Counted from the stretch's first letter, positions 21,650-31,961 are shown. The stretch is 64,000 bases of DNA from Thermodesulfovibrionia bacterium (GCA_947259735.1 CAMYNN010000001.1:40409-104408), one strand, 5' to 3'. Translations and numbers: made by a program. The notes: generated from the sequence alone by a model not told the origin.

Positions 21650-23266
21650 CTATTTCCCCTTATTTCCGTCGTGCAGAGTGGGTATCTCAGAGTCAATGGC
21701 AGAATTGAGGTGAATCAGTGTCTGAGTGCCTGCGACCCCTTCGGGGATGAGGCCTTTGGAGAGCTGAAATTTTTTCACCTGTGTTACAATCGTGCTATCG
21801 TAAATATTCGTTCCCCGCGGTTCAGTTGTTCCCCCCTTGATAATCGAAAGCTGTTTCTCAAGCCAGAGAACGACAGGGTCGTAGGTTCCCGGCTGTAAAG
21901 CATGACGGTAGCCCGGAGGGGGACGCCAGAGCAGTGTATACTCGCCGAGCCAGAATGGCTCAATACTTTCAAACGATACTTCTCTGACCTCGCTGCCAAG
22001 AACAAATCTGGCTGAGTTTTCCTTTATGTCCGTTAAAGCGGCGTAGTAGATGTTCTCGTTGCTGTCATATAATTTCATGATGGCAGGCCTGCTTATGTGG
22101 CGAAGGGTGTTCATGCTGCCCAGGTTTTCATAACATTTCAAATTGTGCTTCTTGGCCTGACTGCAGGGCGAAAGACCGTCCTGGCTGGTAAAAGGGATAC
22201 CCCATAACCGGAACAACTCCTGAAAGGCCATCTCTCGGCTGCTCTCTACAGGCTGGTCTGCGGGCCAGTTTAAAGTTTCAAGATTGAAAGGCTCTCTCTC
22301 ATCAGATTCTGCTATTTCAACATTTTCATGAACAGTTTTTTTCTGTGGTTCGTCATTATAATAGGATGCCGCCAGGACTACACCAACTACAATCAGTAAT
22401 AATACAGAAAGTATCCATGCCACCGTCTTTCTGGAGGGGACTTTGCTCCGCGCATTTAACTCTCCCAGCACTTCCTGTGCTGCCTTTGACAGTGTTGATG
22501 AATTAACCACGTGTTTATTCTGGGTGTATGTACCGAGCAGCGCCCTGTCACATAATACATTAATTAACCTCGGGATTCCTCCGCTCAGGTGGTAAATCCT
22601 GTTGACCGTCGAGGGAGGAAAAAGATTATGATTCAATCCTGCAATTGAGAGGCGGTGTGCAAGATATTCATTGACTTCTCTTTTTGAAAGAGAACCAAGA
22701 TGGTAGCGTGCTATTATCCGCTGAGACAGCTGCCGCAATTCAGGTTTTGATAATTTGGCCCGCAGTTCAGGCTGCCCTATCAGCATTATCTGGAGCAGTT
22801 TTTTCTGGTTTGTCTCGAGATTTGTCAGGAGACGCAATTGCTCAAGAACATCTGAACTCAGGTTTTGCGCCTCATCTATAATGAGAACGGCCCTGCGTCC
22901 TGAGTTGTGGGCATCAAGGAGATATGCATTGATCAGGTCTACGTATCTTTTTACGCTGTTCCTGTCATCAGGGTACTGAATTCCGAACTCATCGCATATG
23001 GTGGCCAGCAGTTCCTCAACCGACAGTTTCGGATTGAGAATAAAGGCTATTGCAGTATTTTCCGGAACTTGCTCCAGCAGGCATCGGCAGACAGTTGTTT
23101 TACCGGTCCCGACTTCCCCCGTAAGCAGTACAAACCCTCCGTCACTGTTGAAACCATAAACCAGATGTGCCAGTGCTTCCCGATGCTGATTACTCATGTA
23201 GAGGTAACGGGGATCGGGTGCAATGGAGAATGGTGATTCGTTTAAACCGAAATATTCGTTATACAT
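21650..23266 (-). CDS. ExeA/GspA-like AAA ATPase with a C-terminal peptidoglycan-binding domain.
   Basis: GEVGTGKTT Walker A, a central TM segment and a C-terminal PG-binding-like region. ExeA-like N-terminus (MYNEYFGLNESPF). Confidence 0.8.
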   Translation of the reverse strand: MYNEYFGLNESPFSIAPDPRYLYMSNQHREALAHLVYGFNSDGGFVLLTGEVGTGKTTVCRCLLEQVPENTAIAFILNPKLSVEELLATICDEFGIQYPDDRNSVKRYVDLINAYLLDAHNSGRRAVLIIDEAQNLSSDVLEQLRLLTNLETNQKKLLQIMLIGQPELRAKLSKPELRQLSQRIIARYHLGSLSKREVNEYLAHRLSIAGLNHNLFPPSTVNRIYHLSGGIPRLINVLCDRALLGTYTQNKHVVNSSTLSKAAQEVLGELNARSKVPSRKTVAWILSVLLLIVVGVVLAASYYNDEPQKKTVHENVEIAESDEREPFNLETLNWPADQPVESSREMAFQELFRLWGIPFTSQDGLSPCSQAKKHNLKCYENLGSMNTLRHISRPAIMKLYDSNENIYYAALTDIKENSARFVLGSEVREVSFESIEPFWLGEYTLLWRPPPGYRHALQPGTYDPVVLWLEKQLSIIKGGTTEPRGTNIYDSTIVTQVKKFQLSKGLIPEGVAGTQTLIHLNSAIDSEIPTLHDGNKGK

Positions 23267-23521
23267 AGATTACTTATACGGACCTTTTTGTCTCTTTTTA
23301 AAGGTTAATACAAGAATAAGTGAAAATACAACTGCCATGAGCGGCTTCATGAAGATACCTGGATATGATATACAGGTGCCCTATCTGTACTTGTGCACAT
23401 AAAAGGGATAAAACATATGATTTATATTTTCTGTATTTCCATGGTTATGAGCATGTAGGTCTTAGGAAGTAAATTACTGCAGAATGGTAATGTAGCCTGA
23501 CTATGTCAGCCTGTTAATCCT

Positions 23522-23845
23522 TTACCCGCTCACTGGCCTGCGGCCGCGCATCTGCTGATATTTTCGACGCGCTTTAGGTGAGATTGTTACCTTATCTTTA
23601 ATAAACCAGTCGTCAAAGTGATCTCCACCATTCTCTTCCGAATGAACAGGCGACAAGGAAGAAATTCTATTGACAGGCTTAAGCGCTTTCTTCCTTTGCG
23701 GAGAGGGAACACCTGAGGGGACCTTGGGGCCGCTGATTTCTTCTATATCCAATCCCGACTCCTTACATCCACTGCAGCCTGTTTCCGTATTTCCGGCATG
23801 ATGGTTAAAAACATCATATTCTATTTTAATTTTTTTCTTATCCAA
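23522..23845 (-). CDS. Hypothetical 107-aa protein, probably with a TTG start.
   Basis: ORF with an AAGGAT RBS. No recognisable domain. Confidence 0.3.
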   Translation of the reverse strand: MDKKKIKIEYDVFNHHAGNTETGCSGCKESGLDIEEISGPKVPSGVPSPQRKKALKPVNRISSLSPVHSEENGGDHFDDWFIKDKVTISPKARRKYQQMRGRRPVSG

Positions 23846-23972
23846 ATGTCATCCTTTTTTTCCCCGAAGCACGAATGAAACAAACATAATTTTCATGAAC
23901 CTATGTACTCCCCTATTCAAGGATTAGCGCACTTATTCCGATTCTAAATGCAATTAATAAAGCTATGGACAG

Positions 23973-25217
23973 ATGCAGGAGAGAGCTCGTTTCATACAGA
24001 TGATCAAGAAGATTGAATCCAGTCAATTAAAGCCGGGCATGTATATTCATGACGTGGATGCTCAGTGGACGGAGGGCCCTTTCTTCGGAAAGGGGGTAAA
24101 GATCAGCAATGTTGAGACTGTTGAGCAGATTGTCAAGCTTGGTATCCCTGAAGTGTACATCGATACAGATAAAGGGCTTGATATAGATGGAAATTTTCAG
24201 ACAGAAGCAGGAGAAAGGGAGGATCGTAAAGAACCTGTACAAAGAGCTGACATACAATACGCGTCCATTCTGCCTGTGTCGGTGGGTGAGGAGATTATGC
24301 AGGCAAAGAAGGTTCAGCATCAGGCAATGGAAACAGTAAAAAATACCATGGATGATATCAGATCAGGAAGGCAGATCGAAAAGGAAAATGTAGAAGATAC
24401 CGTTGATGATATCATTGTATCGGTTCTCCGGAACCAGGGGGCCCTTTCCAGTCTCGGAAGGCTCAGAAAGACAAATGAATATTTTTACAAGCATTCCATA
24501 AGCGTTTGCGTTATGATGGTGTCCTTTGGCAGGTATCTTGAATACGAACCGCAGGTGCTCAGAGAAGTTGCAGTTGGCGCATTGCTGCATGATGTGGGGA
24601 CTTTGAAGGTTTCTCCTCACATTCTCAATAAAACGAGTAAATTAAATGAAGAAGAATACAATGAAATAAAGAAGCATGTTGAATATAGCCGTGAAATACT
24701 TGAACAAACAGAAGGGATCAGCGGAAAATCTATTATGACTGCCTGCGAACATCATGAGCGGATTGATGGTTCGGGATATCCGAAGGGTCTGAAAGGCGAT
24801 GAAATATCACCTGTTGGGCAGGCAATTGCAATAGTTGATACCTATGACGCCCTCTCAACAAAGCGATGTTACCGCCGGAAAATACCCCCCACACAGGCAT
24901 TACATATGATCTATGAAATGAGCGACACTCACTTCAACCGGGATCTGGTCCAGAAGTTTATTCGCTGTATCGGTATTTATCCGATTGGTTCCCTTGTGCG
25001 CCTGGAGAGCGGCCTGATAGGCGTAGTAGTAAAGCATAGCGAAGATAATCTGCTCCAGCCGGTAATACGCGTTATATATGACACAAAAAGAGACCGGTAT
25101 ATGATTGTTCCCTTTGACATCGACCTGGCAAGCCCTGAGGGAAGTGAAAAGGGAGGCCGGATTGTAACATATGCATTGCAGGAAGACTTTAATGTCCAGC
25201 CCGAAATGTATTTATAA
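23973..25217 (+). CDS. HD-GYP phosphodiesterase.
   Basis: HDVG...HHERIDGSGYP motifs. Confidence 0.85.
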   Translation: MQERARFIQMIKKIESSQLKPGMYIHDVDAQWTEGPFFGKGVKISNVETVEQIVKLGIPEVYIDTDKGLDIDGNFQTEAGEREDRKEPVQRADIQYASILPVSVGEEIMQAKKVQHQAMETVKNTMDDIRSGRQIEKENVEDTVDDIIVSVLRNQGALSSLGRLRKTNEYFYKHSISVCVMMVSFGRYLEYEPQVLREVAVGALLHDVGTLKVSPHILNKTSKLNEEEYNEIKKHVEYSREILEQTEGISGKSIMTACEHHERIDGSGYPKGLKGDEISPVGQAIAIVDTYDALSTKRCYRRKIPPTQALHMIYEMSDTHFNRDLVQKFIRCIGIYPIGSLVRLESGLIGVVVKHSEDNLLQPVIRVIYDTKRDRYMIVPFDIDLASPEGSEKGGRIVTYALQEDFNVQPEMYL

Positions 25218-25299
25218 GAGCGAAGATTTCGAAAACAAGAGGGAAGGAGCAGTACTATAGGACACAAATAAGTTTGTGTACGCCGCGCTGTTCCATCTC

Positions 25300-26031
25300 T
25301 CAATGAGCAGTTTTTACAGGGTATTTGTCACAATTATCAGAGTTTCCCGGATCCATATGCCACTTCCCTTGAATTGACGGTGCTGCCAGTGATGATTTCA
25401 GGATATTCAGAAAATCGGTGCGGGGAATTTCCCGTGCCCCAAGGCTCATCAGGTGCGGGGTCGTGATCTGACAGTCAATGACGGTGACATTATGCTGAAT
25501 CAGGAATTGTACAAGCCTCACAAATGCAACTTTCGAAGCATTGCTCACTATAGTAAACATGGATTCCCCGAAAAAAGAAGATCCGAGACATATCCCGTAA
25601 ATCCCGCCGACCAGTTCTCCATCAGACCAGGCTTCCACTGAGTGGGCCAATCCTGAGTGATGAAGGCGGGTGTATGCTTCAACCATATTGTCATTGATCC
25701 ATGTATCGCCATCATCTTTTCGATGCACTTGAGAACAGGTGCTTATGACTTTCTCAAATGCTGTATCCATCGTGATCCGGAAAATATTTTTATGCATGGT
25801 CTGTTTGAGACTTCGTGATATTTTCAATTCCTCGGGGAAGAGCACCAGCCGGGGATCGGGGGACCACCACAGGATTGGGTCATCGTCAGCATACCATGGA
25901 AAAATCCCCATTGAGTACGCGAGGAGCAGCCGGGATTCGCTGAGATCTCCTCCAACTGCAAGCAGGCCATTGTCCTCAGCAAGATCAGGAGGGGGGAATA
26001 TAAGGTCTTCTGGTAGTTGAAAAACGGGCAT
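25300..26031 (-). CDS. aat: Leucyl/phenylalanyl-tRNA-protein transferase.
   Basis: GIFPWY...WWSPDPR motifs. Confidence 0.9.
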   Translation of the reverse strand: MPVFQLPEDLIFPPPDLAEDNGLLAVGGDLSESRLLLAYSMGIFPWYADDDPILWWSPDPRLVLFPEELKISRSLKQTMHKNIFRITMDTAFEKVISTCSQVHRKDDGDTWINDNMVEAYTRLHHSGLAHSVEAWSDGELVGGIYGICLGSSFFGESMFTIVSNASKVAFVRLVQFLIQHNVTVIDCQITTPHLMSLGAREIPRTDFLNILKSSLAAPSIQGKWHMDPGNSDNCDKYPVKTAH

Positions 26032-26086
26032 AATTAGCTATCAGCTTTCAGCGGTCAGCAGGGAAAAAAGGAACTGTGGAGACTGA

Positions 26087-28336
26087 CTATGAATAGTGAA
26101 AAACCAGTTTATCTTTCTCCACGTCAATGAACACCTTTCCTCCTTTATAGAGTCTCCCAAAGAGTACTTCCTCGGACAATACATCTTTTATTTCATTCTG
26201 GATGAGCCTTCCCAGTGGCCTTGCTCCGTACTGCGGATCATAGCCGCCCTCTGCAAGCCAGTCTTTTGCTTTCACACTCAGGGTAATCAGTACTTTTTTC
26301 TGTTTAAGCTGCTGAAGAAGTTCATTGATAAATTTATCGACGACCAACCGCATTATTCCCTGGTTCAGCGGATTAAATGTGATAATGGAATCAAGGCGGT
26401 TTCTGAATTCTGCGCTGAAAAGTTTATTCACCGCATCCATTCCCTTTCGGAGGGTATCTCCACTCCTGTCCCCAAATCCGACAGAGCTTCTGCTCATCTC
26501 GTTTGTGCCCGCATTTGACGTCATGATCAGAATTACATTCCTGAAGTCGGCCTTTTTGCCGTTGTTGTCTGTCAGGGTTGCATAGTCCATCACCTGAAGA
26601 AGAATGCTGAATATGTCGGGATGGGCTTTTTCGATCTCATCCATCAGGAGAACACTGTATGGATGCTTTCTGATTGCGTCTGTCAAAAGGCCGCCCTGGT
26701 CGAATCCCACATATCCGGGAGGTGCCCCTATCAGACGGGCAACGGTATGTTTTTCCATATATTCGCTCATGTCAAAGCGTATGAACTGGATCCCAAGCAC
26801 TGCCGCCATTGTTTTGGATGCTTCCGTCTTTCCGACACCCGTCGGTCCCGTAAAAAGGAAAGAACCGATCGGCTTTTCAGGCGCCCCGAGTCCTGCGCGG
26901 GAACGTTTTATTGAAGAGGCCAGTGTGTGGATGGCTTCGTCCTGGCCGAATACCGCCTTCTTTAACTCATCTTCCAGGTTTCTCAGCTTCTCCATATCCG
27001 ATGATGATATGTTGCGCTTCGGTATCTTTGCAATTTTCGAAACAACAGATTCGATCTCAGCCTGACCAACGGTCTTTTTCCGGATATAAGAAGAAGAAAG
27101 TCTGAGCGATGCACCAGCTTCATCTATTACATCGATTGCCTTGTCAGGAAGGTATTTGTCATTAATATACTTTGAGGAGAGTTCAGACGCTGCTTTAAGG
27201 GCCGTATCCCTGTATTTCACCCCGTGGTGTTTCTCATAATAGGATTTTAATCCTTTCAGAATGCGGAATGTTTCCTGTACGTCGGGCTCTGAAATTTCTA
27301 TTTTCTGGAAACGCCTTGACAATGCCCTGTCTTTTTCAAAATAGTTTTTGTATTCTTCATAGGTGCTGGCGCCAATGCAGCGAAGTTTCCCTGTACTCAG
27401 GATGGGCTTGAGAATATTGGATGCATCCATGGAACCTCCACTTGTTGCACCGGCTCCAACGACAGTATGTATCTCATCGATAAAGAGTATTGCATCAGGT
27501 ATGGACTCAAGTTTTTTTGTGGTGGATTTGAGGCGCTCTTCAAAATCACCTCGGTATTTAGTGCCTGCTATGAGACTTCCCATATCCAGGAGAAATATCC
27601 GTGCATGTTTAAGGAGGGCAGGGACTTCATTCTTATGGATTTTCAGTGCCAGTCCTTCAACGATGGCGGTTTTCCCTACCCCCGGCTCGCCGACAAAAAT
27701 GACGTTGTTTTTTCGTCTTCTGCACAATACCTGAATTGTTCTTTTTACTTCCTTGTCCCGGCCTACAAGAGGGTCAATTCTGCCCTCGGCCGCTTTTTGA
27801 ATCAGGTCTACTGTAAACTCAGTCAGAGGCTTCTTGCTGTGGTCCTCTTTTCTACGGGGAGCTTTTTTTGTTTCAAGGGGTGCTTCCATGAGAGGCTCTG
27901 CAATGTCTTTCGATATCCCGTGAGAGATGTAGTTTAATACATCTATCCTTGACACGCCTTCGCCCAAAAGAAAGTGAACGGCGTGCGAGTCTTTCTCAAG
28001 AAAAATTGCAGAAAGGATGTCACCTGCGTCGGCTTCAGGTTTTTCAGCTGATCTGACATGGTTCACTGCAGTCTGAAATACGCGCCTGAACGCAATGGTT
28101 GGTTCGGGATAGCCCTCAGAGGTATCCGACAGTTTAGGGATTTTAGTGTCGAAAAATTCTTCCAGTTGTACATTGAGATTTTCCACATTCCCGCCGCAAT
28201 GAGCAAGAATGTCACGTCCCCACTCGTCATGAATGATGGCAAAAAGTATATGTTCAACAGTCAGGTATTCATGGCGTCTTGTTTCGGCATCCCTTACCGT
28301 TGCTTCGATCGTTATTTCCAGTTCCTTGTTAATCAT
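26087..28336 (-). CDS. clpA: Clp protease ATP-binding subunit ClpA.
   Basis: Start set at MINKELEI by comparison with E. coli ClpA. Two AAA+ modules ([16 protein letters not shown]). Overlaps the clpS stop. Confidence 0.9.
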   Translation of the reverse strand: MINKELEITIEATVRDAETRRHEYLTVEHILFAIIHDEWGRDILAHCGGNVENLNVQLEEFFDTKIPKLSDTSEGYPEPTIAFRRVFQTAVNHVRSAEKPEADAGDILSAIFLEKDSHAVHFLLGEGVSRIDVLNYISHGISKDIAEPLMEAPLETKKAPRRKEDHSKKPLTEFTVDLIQKAAEGRIDPLVGRDKEVKRTIQVLCRRRKNNVIFVGEPGVGKTAIVEGLALKIHKNEVPALLKHARIFLLDMGSLIAGTKYRGDFEERLKSTTKKLESIPDAILFIDEIHTVVGAGATSGGSMDASNILKPILSTGKLRCIGASTYEEYKNYFEKDRALSRRFQKIEISEPDVQETFRILKGLKSYYEKHHGVKYRDTALKAASELSSKYINDKYLPDKAIDVIDEAGASLRLSSSYIRKKTVGQAEIESVVSKIAKIPKRNISSSDMEKLRNLEDELKKAVFGQDEAIHTLASSIKRSRAGLGAPEKPIGSFLFTGPTGVGKTEASKTMAAVLGIQFIRFDMSEYMEKHTVARLIGAPPGYVGFDQGGLLTDAIRKHPYSVLLMDEIEKAHPDIFSILLQVMDYATLTDNNGKKADFRNVILIMTSNAGTNEMSRSSVGFGDRSGDTLRKGMDAVNKLFSAEFRNRLDSIITFNPLNQGIMRLVVDKFINELLQQLKQKKVLITLSVKAKDWLAEGGYDPQYGARPLGRLIQNEIKDVLSEEVLFGRLYKGGKVFIDVEKDKLVFHYS

Positions 28337-28653
28337 TCCTTCTCCATAGAGCACTTGAGCGGGAAACTGCTCTGTTGGGCAAGTTCATGTACCCTGTTTA
28401 TTTTTGTTTCGGCAATTCCGTGCGTGTAAACTCCTGCGAGGCCCTTCCCGCTATTATGAACATGAAGCATTATCCGGGTAGCCTCGACGGGCGGCTTGTG
28501 GAATACTTTTTCAAGCACATGAACGACAAATTCCATGGTGGTATAGTCGTCATTCATGAGAAAAACCTTGTACATTGGAGGGGACTTGGTTTCCCCCCGC
28601 TCTTTTACCAGGAGCTCTTCGTCAAATCCATATTTAATATTATCGTCGGTCAT
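28333..28653 (-). CDS. clpS: Clp adaptor ClpS.
   Basis: PMYKVFLMNDDYTTMEFVVHVL core. Confidence 0.9.
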   Translation of the reverse strand: MTDDNIKYGFDEELLVKERGETKSPPMYKVFLMNDDYTTMEFVVHVLEKVFHKPPVEATRIMLHVHNSGKGLAGVYTHGIAETKINRVHELAQQSSFPLKCSMEKE

Positions 28654-28692
28654 CTTTTCACCTTATAAATAGTTTAGCTCGAATAAATAAGA

Positions 28693-28734
28693 AGTGCAAA
28701 AGGGGAATAGTGCAAAAGAGCAGAAGTGCAATAG
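28693..28734. repeat. Three direct repeats of AGTGCAA(A/T)AG with a 16-bp period, about 40 bp upstream of the clpS start.
   Basis: Copies start at 28693, 28709 and 28725. Confidence 0.6.
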
Positions 28735-28859
28735 TTCCGAAGGAAAATCATTTATAAATATGGAAGAAAATATCCAGTCTGTTCATTTCAATGAAACGGG
28801 ATTGAAGAGTAAGATAGTAAAAAATATTTAACAGGATAGTGACGGAGAAAAGTTGCTCT

Positions 28860-29822
28860 TTATCTTTCTGCACTTTTGCTCTTTTGCACTTCCGCGCTGT
28901 CTTTAAGAACATTCCTTATCTCTGATATGTCCTTCTTCATCTGGGCTCCAAGTTCGTCTACTCCTGAAAACTTCATTTCATCTCTGATTCTTTTAATGAA
29001 CGATACACGTAACGTTTTGCCCAGAAGCTGTTTGTCAAAATCGAGGACATGGGTCTCAAAGCTGAATTTCTTATCTTCGAAGGTAGGGTTATGCCCGATA
29101 TTGGTAGCCCCTCCGTATATTTTGCCATCAATTTCAACAGTTACGGCATATACCCCGTCTTTCGGCAAAAGTTCGTTTGCGGTAAGCAGATTGGCCGTCG
29201 GGGTGTTCAGGAGACTCTTTCCTCTCTTTGCGCCTTCAACGACAATTCCTTCAACAGAATAGTCTCTGCCCAGCAATGTTGCTGCTTCTTGAACTTCTCC
29301 TTTCGCAACAAGTGTACGGATTCGGGAACTGCTTAGTGTTGAATCCTCAGACAGGATTTCCTCTATAATCGTTACACTGAAGCCGCAGCTTTTTCCCAGT
29401 TCCTGGAGAAATACAGGAGAGCCTTTTCTCTCTTTTCCGAAAAGATAGTTGGCTCCTATAAATATTTCCCTCACGCCAATGGTTTTGCATAAAACTTCCC
29501 TGACAAAGTCTTCAGCGCTGATATTTGCAAACTCCCTGGTGAAATTAGCGCATATTATGACATCGATTCCCGCTTCTTCGATCAGTTTGATCTTGTCCTT
29601 ATAAGTTGTGAGCAGTTTCGGGGCCCTCTCCGGTGCAATTACCCTCAAGGGGTGGGGAACAAACGTGTATACGATGGAAGTCCCCTTTTTCTCCCTGGCC
29701 CTGTCATGGAGCATTCGAAAGATCGCTCTATGCCCCAGGTGGACACCGTCAAAGTTGCCGAGTGTCAACACAGGGTACGGTAACTTCTGATGAACGTTGT
29801 CTATGCCGTCAATTATTTTCAT
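28860..29822 (-). CDS. ribF: Bifunctional riboflavin kinase/FAD synthetase.
   Basis: LTLGNFDGVHLGHR nucleotidyltransferase motif plus the flavokinase C-domain. Confidence 0.9.
   Translation of the reverse strand: MKIIDGIDNVHQKLPYPVLTLGNFDGVHLGHRAIFRMLHDRAREKKGTSIVYTFVPHPLRVIAPERAPKLLTTYKDKIKLIEEAGIDVIICANFTREFANISAEDFVREVLCKTIGVREIFIGANYLFGKERKGSPVFLQELGKSCGFSVTIIEEILSEDSTLSSSRIRTLVAKGEVQEAATLLGRDYSVEGIVVEGAKRGKSLLNTPTANLLTANELLPKDGVYAVTVEIDGKIYGGATNIGHNPTFEDKKFSFETHVLDFDKQLLGKTLRVSFIKRIRDEMKFSGVDELGAQMKKDISEIRNVLKDSAEVQKSKSAER
28866..28893. repeat. Inverted copy of the clpS-upstream repeat block. It lies inside the last 11 codons of ribF and matches 22 of 23 nt of AGTGCAAAAGAGCA[G/A]AAGTGCA.
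   Basis: The reverse complement of 28866..28893 aligns to 28709..28732, about 133 bp away. Confidence 0.6.
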
Positions 29823-29922
29823 TTCACAGTCGTTGCAATAAGCTACTCGTATTATACGTTATGAGCATATGGGGTGACAGCTCTTGTATAGAAGTAAGGT
29901 GAAAATTTTTTCTTATAAGTTA

Positions 29923-29951
29923 TTGACAAAATTGTTTTACTTCCATAAAAT
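29923..29951 (+). promoter_or_regulatory. Sigma-70-like promoter: TTGACA, 17-nt spacer, TAAAAT.
   Basis: Read directly. About 220 nt upstream of the 30174 gene. Confidence 0.3.
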
Positions 29952-30053
29952 TCCTGAAAATGGTTGGAATATTGTTGAAAAGACAAAAAAGTATGATAGA
30001 AGGAAGAGTTCTTTTTGTCAATAATTAGCCTGACATGTCCAGTAAATTTACAG

Positions 30054-30082
30054 TTGATGTAAATAAATATAGAAGGTATAAT
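30054..30082 (+). promoter_or_regulatory. Sigma-70-like promoter: TTGATG, 17-nt spacer, TATAAT.
   Basis: Read directly. About 90 nt upstream of the 30174 gene. Confidence 0.4.
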
Positions 30083-30173
30083 AAATAGTACTTGTATCGA
30101 ATATCAAAAGACTGAGTTCTCCTCATTATTTCGAAATCGGATAACTTGGGACTCCTGACGGGAAAAAGTCGAA

Positions 30174-31751
30174 ATGTCGAAAGAAAGCATATCCATTTTA
30201 ATTGCCGAGAGCAATACTCCTGATATCAATTTCATTAAGAGCTCCTTAAAAAATTACGATGACGTCACATATACTATTGATTCTGCTCGTTCCGGGACGG
30301 ATGTGCTTACCAAGGCAACTGACAACAAGTTTGATCTTCTCCTTGTGAATCAGGACCTGCCCGACGCCAAAGGAATTAAGATGGTTCAGGAGCTAATAAA
30401 AAGGAAACTGGGTGTTCCCATCATAATGATTATCGCGGAGGGAGAAGAAAAAATGGGTGTTAAGGCCCTGGATAAAGGCGCCTATGACTATTTGACGAAA
30501 AATGAGGTGAAGACTGTTGCATTGAACCGGGCAATCCGCAGGGCAATGCAGCGGAAAAAATTGGAAAGCAGTGTCCGGGAGTCTTTTGAAAAGCTGGAAA
30601 AACTCGCCATACGCGACGGACTAACAGGATTGTATAATCACCGTCATTTCCGTGAAGTACTCAAGAATGAATTTAAAAAATCGAAAAGGCATGTGCAGCC
30701 TCTGTCATGTATCATGATTGATCTTGATTATTTCAAGGCTGTAAATGACAATCATGGACATCAGTTCGGAGACATTGTTCTTGTCAAGGCAGCCAAAATT
30801 CTGATGAAACTGGTGAGGGATACCGACTTCGTGGCAAGGTACGGGGGGGAGGAATTTTTTATTGTTCTTCCGAATACGGACCTTCAGGGAGCATTCATCC
30901 TCGCAGAAAGAATACGGAAAGAATTCGAAAACAACGCTTTCAAGAAAGATAAAATATCTGAAAAAGTAACTATAAGCACCGGATTGTCATCAACATCCGA
31001 TGATAATGTGATGAATGATGAAGATATGATTACCAATGCAGACAAAGCTCTGTATCTTGCAAAGTGGAGGGGGAGAAATAATGTCTGCTATTATGATGAG
31101 GTAGAATCTGAGGAGACATTCAGTTTCAAGGAGGAATTGCAAAAGATAGAGGATTTTTACGCGAGATTTGAGGCAATTCGAGAAAATATAAAAACTACCT
31201 GTATTGAATCTGCCCATGATATACTGCGCGAGTTAGACAGAGGTTGGGAATTTACCAATGAGCATTCTGTGAGGGTAAGCAGGTATGCCGAAAAAATGAG
31301 CAAAGAACTGTCCCTTTCAGATGAAGAAGTGAGGATTATAAAAAGTGCTGCACTGCTCCATGATATAGGTATGGCAGGGATCAACTCAAAAATCGTCAGG
31401 AAAAAGGGACAATTAACGGAGAGAGAGTACCGGCTGATTAAAAGACATTCCAGCATCGGGGTAAAAATAATCGAGAGGACAAAACTGTTTCAAAAGGAAC
31501 TGCCCTTAATACTTCATCATCATGAGAGATTTGACGGGTCAGGATATCCTCACAAGCTCAAGGGGGAATCCATTCCCGTTGGAGCTCGAATACTGGCCAT
31601 AGCTGAAGCCTATGATGTAATGAAATCGACGACGGGATATAAAAAAGCTCTCTCTACAGAGAGTTCAATCTCAGAGCTGAAGGACTGTGCAGGGAGCCAG
31701 TTCGATCCAGACCTGGTCAGTACATTTGTCAGAGTTATAGAAAAAACGTGA
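30174..31751 (+). CDS. Response regulator with REC, GGDEF and HD-GYP domains.
   Basis: REC domain with a D-pocket. RxxD I-site and GGEEF. HD...HHERFDGSGYP. Confidence 0.85.
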   Translation: MSKESISILIAESNTPDINFIKSSLKNYDDVTYTIDSARSGTDVLTKATDNKFDLLLVNQDLPDAKGIKMVQELIKRKLGVPIIMIIAEGEEKMGVKALDKGAYDYLTKNEVKTVALNRAIRRAMQRKKLESSVRESFEKLEKLAIRDGLTGLYNHRHFREVLKNEFKKSKRHVQPLSCIMIDLDYFKAVNDNHGHQFGDIVLVKAAKILMKLVRDTDFVARYGGEEFFIVLPNTDLQGAFILAERIRKEFENNAFKKDKISEKVTISTGLSSTSDDNVMNDEDMITNADKALYLAKWRGRNNVCYYDEVESEETFSFKEELQKIEDFYARFEAIRENIKTTCIESAHDILRELDRGWEFTNEHSVRVSRYAEKMSKELSLSDEEVRIIKSAALLHDIGMAGINSKIVRKKGQLTEREYRLIKRHSSIGVKIIERTKLFQKELPLILHHHERFDGSGYPHKLKGESIPVGARILAIAEAYDVMKSTTGYKKALSTESSISELKDCAGSQFDPDLVSTFVRVIEKT

Positions 31752-31961
31752 AATTTCTTTGTGCTGTCTTTTCCCCTTTCATCGCAACAGCGCCTCCAAT
31801 TATTTCATTCGTAAAAATTATCTGCTAAACTAGTTAAGAGTTCATATAAAGAGCACCGTGTCTGTCTTTCAATGAGGAAATTTGGGATTCCTCCTCCAGG
31901 TCGGATGGACTGTTCTTCATAGGTAAATTTATAGAGCGGCTCCCGGCCGCGAGGGTAAGTC

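Noticed and set aside
28693-28734. Resemblance of the AGTGCAAAAG repeats to CIRCE (HrcA) or CtsR heat-shock operators upstream of a clp gene.
   Set aside because: CIRCE is a 9-bp inverted repeat (TTAGCACTC-N9-GAGTGCTAA) and the CtsR box is a GGTCAAA heptad repeat. Neither pattern fits. The element is kept as an unexplained repeat instead.
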